Positions 30,946 through 40,221 of a stretch of 63,831 nucleotides of DNA are shown piece by piece. How positions within the stretch are numbered: position 1 is the stretch's first letter; the number at the start of each line of letters is the position of its first letter. Below the pieces are notes generated by a model that saw nothing but the letters and a program-made list of their open reading frames with translations, was not told the DNA's origin and made no database searches. This DNA is from a virus (taxonomy: Duplodnaviria > Caudoviricetes). The position numbers and the translations under genes are program-made. Location: the IMG/VR virus record IMGVR_UViG_3300035670_007084, positions 1 to 63,831 of that record. One strand, 5' to 3'.

Positions 30946-31029
30946 TGGGAGCTAGGGTAGGACTTTAACCTACATCTCTACCATATAGTGAGGGGATATG
31001 GTAGTATTTTGTCTTTAAACTACCTAGCA
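30946..31029 (-). ncRNA. tRNA-like RNA with enlarged anticodon arm and encoded CCA
   Basis: Minus strand: GCTAGG TA GTTT-AAAGAC-AAAAT A CTACCATAT-CCCCTCACT-ATATGGTAG AGAT GTAGG-TTAAAGT-CCTAC CCTAGC TC CCA. Confidence 0.65.
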
Positions 31030-31037
31030 AGGCACGA

Positions 31038-31496
31038 TTATTTTACTGTAATTATTTTACTAGCAACAACATCAAACACTTCACAGAACAATGTTCCAAT
31101 TTCAGCCGGGGTAACTTGTCCTTGTAACGCTTTAAGTATCTCTGCTGATATATATCCTGTAGTTTGTCTTTCAATTGATGCTATTTCATCTGCTGTTTTA
31201 GTATTGTAAGTTCTACCTGCCACCTTCGGTTGTTGTTGCTGTGCAGTTGGCTCAGCATTAGCTACCTTAGTAATACTAGATAATACATTTGCGGTATACT
31301 TTCCTTTAGTAATCTTTTCAAATTTAAAATCAACTTCATCACCAACATTAATAGTAGCTAATTGTGCGGTAACTTTTTGTGTTTCATAAAATTCTGAATG
31401 ATCGTTATCTTCTCCTATCCTACATATTTGTCCTGATGCTTTTGGGTTCTTTGGTTTCCAATCGGGTGTGGGTTTCCATGTTAGTTTTGGTGCCAT
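31038..31496 (-). CDS. Putative ssDNA-binding (OB-fold-like) protein
   Basis: Lies between exonuclease and primase; INVGDEVDFKFE strand pattern; function is inference. Confidence 0.45.
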   Translation of the reverse strand: MAPKLTWKPTPDWKPKNPKASGQICRIGEDNDHSEFYETQKVTAQLATINVGDEVDFKFEKITKGKYTANVLSSITKVANAEPTAQQQQPKVAGRTYNTKTADEIASIERQTTGYISAEILKALQGQVTPAEIGTLFCEVFDVVASKIITVK

Positions 31497-31505
31497 ACAT
31501 TCTCC

Positions 31506-32375
31506 TTACAATTTAAGTTGTAGTTGTTTACGCTTTTGTTTTTGCTTTTTCTTTCGTTGTTCTTTTTTTTCAATTATACTTAGACTTTTTTCATAGGTGA
31601 TAATGTCCTCCTCACTGTAGTCGTTATTCAAAATTGTTTCAAGTTTGTGTAACATATTTCTGTATGGAAAAGAAGCAATATTATAGCATTTATTTTGTAT
31701 GGTGTCAAGATAAATCTTGATTGTTTCTTCAATTTGTTCGGGTAACTCTATTAAAGAAACCGCCATCTTTCTTAACTCATAATCAACTTCTGTGTTAACT
31801 ACTTCTTTTAGATTATCGCTAACCTCTTTACCTATAATCTTTTTCGATAATATTTCCAATGGATTAGTAACATTAATATATCTTTTCATATAAGGATTAT
31901 ATATTTTAACATTGGGGAAATGATATAATTGTTGTAGATCAGAATCCCTAGATATAATAACTATTTCGTGTTCACTATAATACCTACATACAACACTTAT
32001 TATATCATCTGCCTCTAGAGCAACGGTTTGATTATTAAAATCTGACCGTAAACTTATAAAATAAAATGGGGTTGATTCATCTAGTTGTTCTCGTAACCTA
32101 TTCATATTAGAATATTCTGTTTCAAAATCAATACCGGATTTTAATCTTAGTTCTGCTCTATTAGCTTTATAGTGCGGTGATATTGTCTTACGCCAATTTG
32201 TTGCAGTATGGTTATCTACACATACATATATTATATCGTTAAGACTTGCACCTATATTCTTTAAATCAGACAATAACATATTACAACATAACCAAGCAGA
32301 ACTAATACTAGATTTAGCATAGATAGCTGTATGTATATAGTAACCCCAATCAACACATATTATTCTTTCTTTCAT
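31506..32375 (-). CDS. 5'-3' exonuclease (T4 RNase H/FEN-like)
   Basis: VD, WRK...YKANR, EADDII, SRDSDLQQL, SDN. Confidence 0.9.
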   Translation of the reverse strand: MKERIICVDWGYYIHTAIYAKSSISSAWLCCNMLLSDLKNIGASLNDIIYVCVDNHTATNWRKTISPHYKANRAELRLKSGIDFETEYSNMNRLREQLDESTPFYFISLRSDFNNQTVALEADDIISVVCRYYSEHEIVIISRDSDLQQLYHFPNVKIYNPYMKRYINVTNPLEILSKKIIGKEVSDNLKEVVNTEVDYELRKMAVSLIELPEQIEETIKIYLDTIQNKCYNIASFPYRNMLHKLETILNNDYSEEDIITYEKSLSIIEKKEQRKKKQKQKRKQLQLKL

Positions 32376-33900
32376 ATCTGATCCGTTTCATCCAACGAAA
32401 ATACAAATATTAAAACAACGCCAAGTAAAATACCTAATAATATTAAAAAAATAATTTCAATCATCTTGTTGCTCCGATAGTAATTTAATATCACTATTTA
32501 GTTCTTGTATTTCTTTTTCTAAATTTTCAATTATTTCTTTTAATTCACAACACGGACAATCTCTTAAATCAAATACAATATTACACTCATCACATATTTT
32601 CATAACATTTTATTCCTTTCATTACCATCGGTCATAGTAATCTTTTTTATCTATACCATAAAAATATCCGTTGTCTGGTTTATTAATAACACACATAACA
32701 AAACCAATAAAAATAAAGACTGTAGTAATTATTCCAATAATTGAAAACATAAACAGTATGATATTCATTCTTTATATTCCTCTTTATTTCTTAATAATAT
32801 TAGTACTAGTTGTAGTGATACTAGTCCAATTGTTATACCGTTTAATAAACCAAGTAAATATATTGTTGTCATTTCTTCCCTTCCGTTCTTAATATTTCCA
32901 TAGATAAATAAATGCAAATATAATAAAAACTTGTCCAAGTAACAAAAGATTAGACAATGCTATTTTAAGCAAAATTTCCATATCTATTTATCTCCTTCCG
33001 TTAGGATTTTCTTTAAGCCAAATATATTTGATTCTTCAGTTTCATTATCATTTAGTAAAATATTATCAATATACTCCACCGCCCTGTCGATACGGGATTG
33101 TTTCTCAGATAGCTGTTGTTCGTAATAGGTGGAGAGTTCGTTAAGCATATCAGCAATAGAACATTTAAAATGCTCCCAACCTCTATTACTTTCCCATTGT
33201 TTGTATATTGTATCCTCATATTTATTCTTTATTTCCTCAACATTATCGCTCATCGTCCACCCACTTTCGCTTCTCTAATCTTAATAAGTTTCTCAAGATT
33301 TTTCGCTGTTTGGTCGCTGTATACTGATGCACTGCTAACAATATCAAGTAAAACATCTAGCAGTAATGCCCAACTCTTTTCATCACGCACCTCGTTACAT
33401 TTTTTTACAAATCTGTCGCTCATCGTGGCTCTCCTTTATCTTGCCGCACTTTTCACATTTATAGTATGAGAACCTCCCAGAAAAGGCTTGTTCTACGGAA
33501 TGAAATATTTTAACCCATTTATGCTTACACCGTTTCACCTTACGCTTGGTCATGGGTTCTCCTTAACGTCTGGGAATACTTCCACAAATTGTTCACATTC
33601 TTCCATATCGCCCAACTTATACTCGCAACAGTATGCTTTAAAATGTTCGCACCATTGAGTCATAGTGTTTGTTCTATGCTTACATATCAGTATCATGTCC
33701 CCATCTCCTTTTCTATACGCTCCTTGATGTAAGTCATACGCTACTCCTTTAATTATTTATAAAGTCTAAAACAAAATTCCCATAACAACAAAAGTAACCA
33801 ACTAACCAAGGGAGTGATAGTAAAATTATAACCACAGCTACAAACGCAATTAATCCACCTAACCAATCATCTCTATTCATATTCCAATCCTTTATTGTAA
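32376..33900 (-). other. Run of tiny hypothetical ORFs, several hydrophobic or Cys-rich (includes 32984..33253)
   Basis: Overlapping start/stop codons and AGGAG-type RBSs on the minus strand; most are below the 60-aa cut-off. Confidence 0.55.
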
Positions 33901-34021
33901 GAGCCAAGCATAACTAATTCGCCACCCTCTTATCACTATAACCACTTCGATTACAATGTAGGTGTTAATGACTTAGCTATTGTCAATACAGGTGTTACCC
34001 GAAGGCGTTATGCTACACCGA

Positions 34022-34555
34022 TTATAATTTGTCGCCCGTGTTAATTCTCCAAATATAACCACCAGATGATTTTCTTTTACCCATCAAACAATTTGATATA
34101 TTAGATATATCAGCACCACTACAAACCGATGCTGTTGAAATGCTTTCAAATGAATCTATATATTTACCATCAAGAGAAAATCTTTTTACTGATTTTTTCA
34201 AAAATCCACATTTCTTACCATGTTTTAAATTATGTAATTGATTTTCATAGCTAGAACACCACTCTAAATTTTTAATATTATTATTTGTTTTATTAAAATC
34301 AATGTGATTTACTTCTTTTTTATTTGATTTATTTTCTAAAAAGTGTTCTGCAACTAACCTATGAACATAAAATTGATGTCTTTTCCCAGATTTCATCAAA
34401 GTAACTTTGTGATAACCTTTTTTGTTAATATAACCAGTCATAAATCTTATACCGTATCTACAATTATGTTCTGTTATTACCTTCTTGATTCTTCCAAAGT
34501 TGCTAATTAAATATATCCCATTAAAATTATTTATGTTTTTCCAAATTTCGTTCAT
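34022..34555 (-). CDS. NUMOD4-HNH-NUMOD1 homing endonuclease
   Basis: EIWKNI...YLISNFGRI, HRLVA, VNHID.NKTNN...NLEW, FESISTA...GGYIW. Confidence 0.92.
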   Translation of the reverse strand: MNEIWKNINNFNGIYLISNFGRIKKVITEHNCRYGIRFMTGYINKKGYHKVTLMKSGKRHQFYVHRLVAEHFLENKSNKKEVNHIDFNKTNNNIKNLEWCSSYENQLHNLKHGKKCGFLKKSVKRFSLDGKYIDSFESISTASVCSGADISNISNCLMGKRKSSGGYIWRINTGDKL

Positions 34556-34821
34556 TATTTACTCCTTGACTTCCTACGTATAAATCCTTGAGAACCTTTT
34601 ATAAATAAATATATATCCATCTTAAAGCCCAACCCCTCTAACGATGAATCTCCTTCTATAATTTCATTACCGTCAAGATAAACATATTCCTTCAACCCGT
34701 CATTGCCTTCAAATAAAAATGTGGACAGACCTTTATAATCGTTGGTCGCCAAGGTCTTATAAAACTTCCCCTTGTCATTCTCAAAAATAAGTTTTTTATG
34801 CGCGTTAATATCAAATGCCAT
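34555..34821 (-). CDS. Hypothetical protein
   Basis: 88-aa ORF abutting the HNH gene. Confidence 0.6.
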   Translation of the reverse strand: MAFDINAHKKLIFENDKGKFYKTLATNDYKGLSTFLFEGNDGLKEYVYLDGNEIIEGDSSLEGLGFKMDIYLFIKGSQGFIRRKSRSK

Positions 34822-35105
34822 AAGTACTTTCCCTAACTTGCCTCAATGCGTTTACAGTAGAACGCCACTACCACTTGCTATCATTTAACAATAAAAATAT
34901 AAGCCAAAGATATTATGAAACCTAAAGTCATAGCTAATGTAATTGCATCGGGTAATTTCATATATAATTTTAACCTTTTTAATATAAGTGGTGGATAAGT
35001 ATCCTTGGACATAAACTCCGACTACCTTATCTAGACTTTTACAAATCTATCCTCTTGGGATTTTTCAATAAAGTAGAACCTTTTCAACTTACCCACCACT
35101 TAATT

Positions 35106-35300
35106 TTATTTATTTCTTAGTGCTGTTAATTCATAAATAACTTGATCTAAAAATGAAACATCAAACGCAACTCCTTTCTTTGTTGGCAACCAAGTATTGC
35201 TTTCGGACAAATAGTATTCCCGGATGTGTACATAATCTTTTCCTTTATAATTAGATACTGAAACTTGAATCTGCGCTTTGTCATTCTTTTGAATTACCAT
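35106..35300 (-). CDS. PC4/Sub1-like ssDNA-binding protein
   Basis: VSVSNYKGKDYVHIREYY...WLPTKKGVAF. Confidence 0.88.
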   Translation of the reverse strand: MVIQKNDKAQIQVSVSNYKGKDYVHIREYYLSESNTWLPTKKGVAFDVSFLDQVIYELTALRNK

Positions 35301-35313
35301 ACATTCTCCTTTG

Positions 35314-35928
35314 TTATTTATTTTTAGTTAAACACATACAATTTACTACATCAAATACTTCTTGACATAATTGTTCTGGAATTACTGATCTAAATTTTGC
35401 ACCATTAATACCTTGTGTTCCTGTTCTACTCCCTCGTGGTGCTGATTCGTGACAACTATCACCGTTGTAACAAGCAGGTTTTGGATTCCAAGCATTACAG
35501 TTAGTCCATATATCAGTTGGTTTCATTCTAATATCACCATACTGACAATATGTTACTGTCTTTTTTGGTAACGATTTCATTATCGGTAGCGTTCTCATCA
35601 TTCCTCGTGGATTTTCTATGAACCAATATGTTGGTCTAACCAAGTTTATTATCTCTAGTGTCTTACCTAATATTTTGTTGCCAACAACCGCCTCTTTAGA
35701 TGGGTTCCCTTCTTTCCAATGTTTACCTACACTTGCAACACTAAATGTTGTGCAAGGTGGTGATGCCCATACGACATCAAAGAACTCAGTAAAATCCAAC
35801 AGTAATATATCAGCGCATATATCGGGGTTAAATTGTTTATCAAAGTCAACTGTAACTACATCCCAACCATTTGCTTTAAAAATTTTCGATACTGATTTTG
35901 TCCCACAAAATAATTCTAATAGTTTCAA
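35314..35928 (-). CDS. Short C5-cytosine methyltransferase-like protein
   Basis: ELFCG, ASPPCTTFS, IENP, MKPTDIW. Confidence 0.82.
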   Translation of the reverse strand: MKLLELFCGTKSVSKIFKANGWDVVTVDFDKQFNPDICADILLLDFTEFFDVVWASPPCTTFSVASVGKHWKEGNPSKEAVVGNKILGKTLEIINLVRPTYWFIENPRGMMRTLPIMKSLPKKTVTYCQYGDIRMKPTDIWTNCNAWNPKPACYNGDSCHESAPRGSRTGTQGINGAKFRSVIPEQLCQEVFDVVNCMCLTKNK

Positions 35929-35943
35929 AGTTCCCTCACTTTG

Positions 35944-36375
35944 TTATGCTGCATAATAAAATTGTTTATCAATAAACTTTTTGTATCTAATATTGTGACT
36001 TGCTTTTTTTCTTATACTTGTAATGTTTAAATAATTTTCATATAATAATCTGTTTCTCCTTCCTGTAAATCTTTCTTTACCAAGCATTCGTTTTACTTTT
36101 AATAGCTCTAACTTTAATTCTAGTATCGCATTCTTTAATTCAGAATCAATAACCCTAATATTTAAACTATCACAATATGTTAACATTAAACCTAAACTTA
36201 TTTTGCTTTCTGTTCTTATAAAATAAGTTAATTCTTTTCCAATCTCAGATATGACTAGCTTTTCATACTGCGGATTATATTCTTGTTTAAGTTTTTCTTT
36301 ATAGTCAAATTCTTTATAAGTTGTTGTAATACTTGATGATATGAATACTGCTAAACAAAAATAAACTAATCTCAT
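35944..36375 (-). CDS. Hypothetical protein with hydrophobic N-terminus
   Basis: 143-aa ORF. Confidence 0.55.
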   Translation of the reverse strand: MRLVYFCLAVFISSSITTTYKEFDYKEKLKQEYNPQYEKLVISEIGKELTYFIRTESKISLGLMLTYCDSLNIRVIDSELKNAILELKLELLKVKRMLGKERFTGRRNRLLYENYLNITSIRKKASHNIRYKKFIDKQFYYAA

Positions 36376-36382
36376 ATTATAA

Positions 36383-36868
36383 TCATACCATATTTTTTAG
36401 TTTTAATAATGCTTGCCTATAATGATAGAACACATTTTGTTTAGAACAGGCAAGACCATCTGCTATTTCTTCAAAAGTATTATTGTCAAATACTTTATTA
36501 ATAACTATAAAGGCTTGTCTGAATGTAAGATTATCCATAAGAAAATCTTTCAAAGAGTTAAGAGAATCTATTCCACTTTTCCAAAAGTTTTCAATACTTG
36601 TAGCATTTAAATCATCCTTATTAATTTCTTTCTTTTTTATTTTATCTAATATTGTTTTCATCTTGGAATAGATACACAATAAAAGAAAACCCTGTGAATA
36701 TAAATCTTCATCAATATTAATGGGTAATAGTTTTAAATAAACTTCTTGTTGAAAATCTTCATACTCATATCCTTCATTATGAAAGATGTATCTATGCTTT
36801 CTATAAAACTTATTAGTATAAATATTTATTTTTTTTAAAAGAGATTCGTCTGCTAAATTAAACTTCAT
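36383..36868 (-). CDS. Sigma70/ECF-like sigma factor
   Basis: Region 2-like EDFQQEVYLKL; region 4 LTFRQ...TFEEIADGLACSKQNV...ALLKLK; ATG at 36868 follows the recombinase stop. Confidence 0.78.
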   Translation of the reverse strand: MKFNLADESLLKKINIYTNKFYRKHRYIFHNEGYEYEDFQQEVYLKLLPINIDEDLYSQGFLLLCIYSKMKTILDKIKKKEINKDDLNATSIENFWKSGIDSLNSLKDFLMDNLTFRQAFIVINKVFDNNTFEEIADGLACSKQNVFYHYRQALLKLKNMV

Positions 36869-36869
36869 A

Positions 36870-37766
36870 TTAATCCTTCGGCTTTCTTCTCCTTGTAGGT
36901 TTAATCGAAATAGCTCCTTCAACTTTCTTGTCGTACTCTGCAAAGGATGCTTCTTGGTCAGGATCGACATATAACATTGTTGTTGCTAAACTTCGATGTC
37001 CTAATAGTTTTTGAATATGTCTTATGCTAACTCCTTGTCTATGTAAGTTATTAGCATATGAATATCGGAGTAGGTGGGGGTTAAATTTGTTGAGTGGAGA
37101 ACCTTCCTTTAAGCTTTTAAAGAAATGATTCATTTCTCCTATTGTCATATTGAAAGCATTCTCTTTTTCGATGGGATCTTTTTCAAAATATTCTTTTAAT
37201 AAATCAGCAACTGTCTTAGGAAACTTAAAGAACTTTGTTTCTTTAACTCGTCTAACTGCCTTGGGTTCTAGAATAGTTACAACTCTGTTAGTTAAATCAA
37301 TTTCCTTTCTTTTAAGGTTTAGAAATTCATCTTTTCGTATTCCGGTATAGAACATAAACCATACAATAGCTTTAGATTTTTCGGGTATTATCCAATCAAA
37401 GCAAATAGTTGCTGTATCAACTATTCGGGACAACTCTTCAATTGAATAATACCCAGGGTGTTTTCTGTTTACCTTCAATAAACTAAATGACTTAACCATA
37501 TTTAAAGTTGATTCGGGAATTTTATTTAGTTTAAATAGGAAATTTGCTAGATGTTTTATAGCTTTGATATAGTTATTAACTGTTCCTGTTTGATGTGTTT
37601 GCTTCAAGCTGTTTAAATATTCCATAAGAATGTTGTATGTAATGTCAGTGTATGATAGTTCTTTTTGTTCTAAAAACAGTAGGAAATTTTTGGTACGGAC
37701 ATAATAGTTCTTATCATACCCCGTAAATTCTAACTCAATCTGATATAGTTTTAAAATATCTTCCAT
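36870..37766 (-). CDS. XerC/D-like tyrosine recombinase
   Basis: TGIRKDE, PHLLRYS, LLGHRS, TMLY. Confidence 0.92.
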   Translation of the reverse strand: MEDILKLYQIELEFTGYDKNYYVRTKNFLLFLEQKELSYTDITYNILMEYLNSLKQTHQTGTVNNYIKAIKHLANFLFKLNKIPESTLNMVKSFSLLKVNRKHPGYYSIEELSRIVDTATICFDWIIPEKSKAIVWFMFYTGIRKDEFLNLKRKEIDLTNRVVTILEPKAVRRVKETKFFKFPKTVADLLKEYFEKDPIEKENAFNMTIGEMNHFFKSLKEGSPLNKFNPHLLRYSYANNLHRQGVSIRHIQKLLGHRSLATTMLYVDPDQEASFAEYDKKVEGAISIKPTRRRKPKD

Positions 37767-37777
37767 AATAAACCCCC

Positions 37778-37806
37778 ATTATACCACAGTTAATTTGAAA
37801 TGTCAA
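37778..37806 (-). promoter_or_regulatory. Consensus sigma70 promoter (extended -10) for the recombinase/sigma genes
   Basis: Minus strand TTGACA-17 nt-TATAAT with TG; the -10 box ends 11 nt before the ATG. Confidence 0.85.
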
Positions 37807-38845
37807 TCGGAATTTTCTCTTTGAGTTTATTAAGCATTGCCCTGCCCTCATCAGTTAATGTTCTTCCTCTTGGTGTTCTTGATATTAATCCATTCTTAAA
37901 TAAGAATGCTTCCTTGTTTAGATAGTTCTTGTTTGATGTTCCTAAGAAAGAACAGATAGCTTGTATACCAACAATATTTGATTTACTAATACACTCCAAT
38001 ATTTTTAAATCATCTTTGGTATATCCATTGTCTAATACATTCTGATTATATAACGCTGATTGCACATTACCATCAAGATAATATGTTGATCTTAAATAAG
38101 ATATAGCAGTTCTTGGAGTGTTTCGTGCATTCCTAGAAATGATTTTATAAATAGATTCACAATCACCTGTCAAGTCATTAAATTCGTGGGCTTTAAGCTG
38201 CCTTAAAATCTTTATTATATCATCTTCTGTATAACCATCTAGCTGAACTTGTAATGGAAACCTTTGAACAAAGGGTTCACATTTCTCAATCATTTCTCCA
38301 TACTCAGTAGTGCATCCTATTAATGTGAACGGTGTTAAAGCCTGCCCATTAAAACTAAAGTCTGTTAATATTGTATACATTTTTTCAACAACCATTCTTT
38401 CTAATGCGTGGCATTCATCTAACACAAATATACCACCGTCTAACTGACGAATAGCATTAACAAAGAACTCAATCGTTGGAATGGTAGTAGCAATACACTC
38501 ATAGTAGTGTGTGTTTACTCTTCTAGCATTAGCAAACTCTTTAGCAAATATTCTTGCTAAAGTTGTTTTGCCACATCCTGGCAACCCCGATATTAATAAA
38601 TGTGGTGGTTGTTTTTTTCTTGCTATCACTCCTTTAATATAGCTCTGTAATAAAGTCTTTGCTTTATGTTGACCTATATATTCATCAAAAGATTGTGGAG
38701 TATAGTGAGTTGATTTTTTATCAACATCATTATATTCTATAGAAGGAAAACAATCATCAGATAAATTAAAAATATCAGTTGGTTGTTTTTTTAACCATTT
38801 GCCAACCAACCAAGCAAAAAATATAACAAATAATACAACTTCCAT
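37790..38845 (-). CDS. ruvB: RuvB-like AAA+ ATPase with N-terminal hydrophobic helix
   Basis: PQSFDEYIGQ, GLPGCGKTT, LDECH, PFTLIGCTT, RNTPR, RTPRGR. Confidence 0.88.
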   Translation of the reverse strand: MEVVLFVIFFAWLVGKWLKKQPTDIFNLSDDCFPSIEYNDVDKKSTHYTPQSFDEYIGQHKAKTLLQSYIKGVIARKKQPPHLLISGLPGCGKTTLARIFAKEFANARRVNTHYYECIATTIPTIEFFVNAIRQLDGGIFVLDECHALERMVVEKMYTILTDFSFNGQALTPFTLIGCTTEYGEMIEKCEPFVQRFPLQVQLDGYTEDDIIKILRQLKAHEFNDLTGDCESIYKIISRNARNTPRTAISYLRSTYYLDGNVQSALYNQNVLDNGYTKDDLKILECISKSNIVGIQAICSFLGTSNKNYLNKEAFLFKNGLISRTPRGRTLTDEGRAMLNKLKEKIPIDISN

Positions 38846-38854
38846 AGTAACTCC

Positions 38855-39121
38855 TTATAAACTAAAGGGTTCTAAATCTCCACTAGATAATGGTCGTTCC
38901 ATATTTGGTAGTTCAACTACCAAATCTGTTGCTAACGAATCCTTAATTAGAGTATCAAAATCTTTGATAGAACAATTATCATCGTTAATTACTGCATTAG
39001 TAATCTTATCGAGAACATATTCTATCCCATATGTTTTTAATGCTAACTTAATTATTGAAAAAAATTTATGTGGATTTATTTTGTTTGGATATTGAAACGG
39101 CATATTATTTTTTCCTTTCAT
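38855..39121 (-). CDS. Hypothetical protein
   Basis: ORF tiles between ruvB and the methyltransferase. Confidence 0.55.
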   Translation of the reverse strand: MKGKNNMPFQYPNKINPHKFFSIIKLALKTYGIEYVLDKITNAVINDDNCSIKDFDTLIKDSLATDLVVELPNMERPLSSGDLEPFSL

Positions 39122-40221
39122 TTAAAAAGTACATTATACATCCTTCTTATTAAATAGTCAATAACATTTACAGTAACCGCATTACCAAGACACTTGTATC
39201 TCTGTGTATCACTTACCTTCCCATTAATTCCATAAGCTGTCCAACCATCAGGAAAACCTTGTAGTCTTTCGCATTCGGTTGGTGTTAATCTTCTTACTCT
39301 AAAGTCCAGTTGTCCTTCGCTTTTTGTTGCAACACCGTGAATATCTTGCCCCGTTAATGTAAACATATCATCACCATCTTCTTTGAACCTTCTACCATTC
39401 TGCCGTTTTTCTAATCTATCGGGTGTAATACAAGGGATAGCATAAAGCCCTGTCTTTGCTCCGTGTCCACCACCCAAACCTTTAAGAGTAGATGAACACC
39501 CATCAGTTGTTCTTACTCTTTGGGCATCTGCAAGTCTTTGTGACTCTTCAATAAATCGTTGGCTCCCATCCCCCCAACCTTTAGCGCACTCATTGTTTCC
39601 GTTGGTTCGTGGAACTTCGCTTGGAATCCGTTGCCCTTCTCCTTGTTCCTCTGTGTGTATTCCATCAACCGTTTCACATTCTGTTCCGATAGGAAATACC
39701 GTTCTTCCACAGAACTCTCCAAGATATCCGACAATGAACACTCTTTCCCTATTTTGTGGAACCCCGAAATTTTTGCTGTTAAGCACTTGCCACTCCACGC
39801 AATACCCCAATTCTGTAAGCGTAGTGATGATTGTTTTGAAAGTGTTTCCACTGTCGTGAGATAACAATCCTTTAACATTTTCAAGTAGAAAATATCTTGG
39901 TCGCTTTTCTTTAAGACACCGAGCGATTTCAAAGAAGAGTGTGCCTCTTGTGTCGTCAAATCCACCTCGTTTACCTGCGATACTAAATGCTTGACAGGGG
40001 AATCCACCGACAAGCAGGTCAAATTCGGCAACATTTCCCCATTCGATTTTTGAACAATTTCCATAACTTTTATGCCCCCCAAAATGTTTTTGGTAGATTT
40101 GGATTGCATACTTATCAATCTCAGAAAATCCCACACATTCCATATCTACATTTGATTTTTTTATCCCTAGTTCAAACCCACCTATCCCACTAAACATTGA
40201 AAAGTATTTCATAACCATCAC
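39118..40221 (-). CDS. dcm: DNA (cytosine-5)-methyltransferase
   Basis: FSGIGG, GFPCQAFS, ENVKG, PQNRERVF, LTPTECERLQGFPD, YKCLGNAV. Confidence 0.95.
   Translation of the reverse strand: MMVMKYFSMFSGIGGFELGIKKSNVDMECVGFSEIDKYAIQIYQKHFGGHKSYGNCSKIEWGNVAEFDLLVGGFPCQAFSIAGKRGGFDDTRGTLFFEIARCLKEKRPRYFLLENVKGLLSHDSGNTFKTIITTLTELGYCVEWQVLNSKNFGVPQNRERVFIVGYLGEFCGRTVFPIGTECETVDGIHTEEQGEGQRIPSEVPRTNGNNECAKGWGDGSQRFIEESQRLADAQRVRTTDGCSSTLKGLGGGHGAKTGLYAIPCITPDRLEKRQNGRRFKEDGDDMFTLTGQDIHGVATKSEGQLDFRVRRLTPTECERLQGFPDGWTAYGINGKVSDTQRYKCLGNAVTVNVIDYLIRRMYNVLFK
39513..40136 (-). CDS. Overprinted ORF inside dcm (EcoHK31I beta-subunit-like)
   Basis: 207 codons open in an alternative frame; NWGIAWSGKCLT...ECSLSDILE...YFLS. 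Confidence 0.6.
   Translation of the reverse strand: MWDFLRLISMQSKSTKNILGGIKVMEIVQKSNGEMLPNLTCLSVDSPVKHLVSQVNEVDLTTQEAHSSLKSLGVLKKSDQDIFYLKMLKDCYLTTVETLSKQSSLRLQNWGIAWSGKCLTAKISGFHKIGKECSLSDILESSVEERYFLSEQNVKRLMEYTQRNKEKGNGFQAKFHEPTETMSALKVGGMGANDLLKSHKDLQMPKE

Noticed and set aside
30946-31029. UGA suppressor or selenocysteine tRNA implying stop-codon recoding
   Set aside because: TCA is off-centre in a 9-nt loop, there is no long variable arm, and genes read intact in the standard code with TGA used as stop.
34022-34555. Group I intron carrying the HNH gene
   Set aside because: No interrupted host gene and no recognisable intron core; it appears free-standing.
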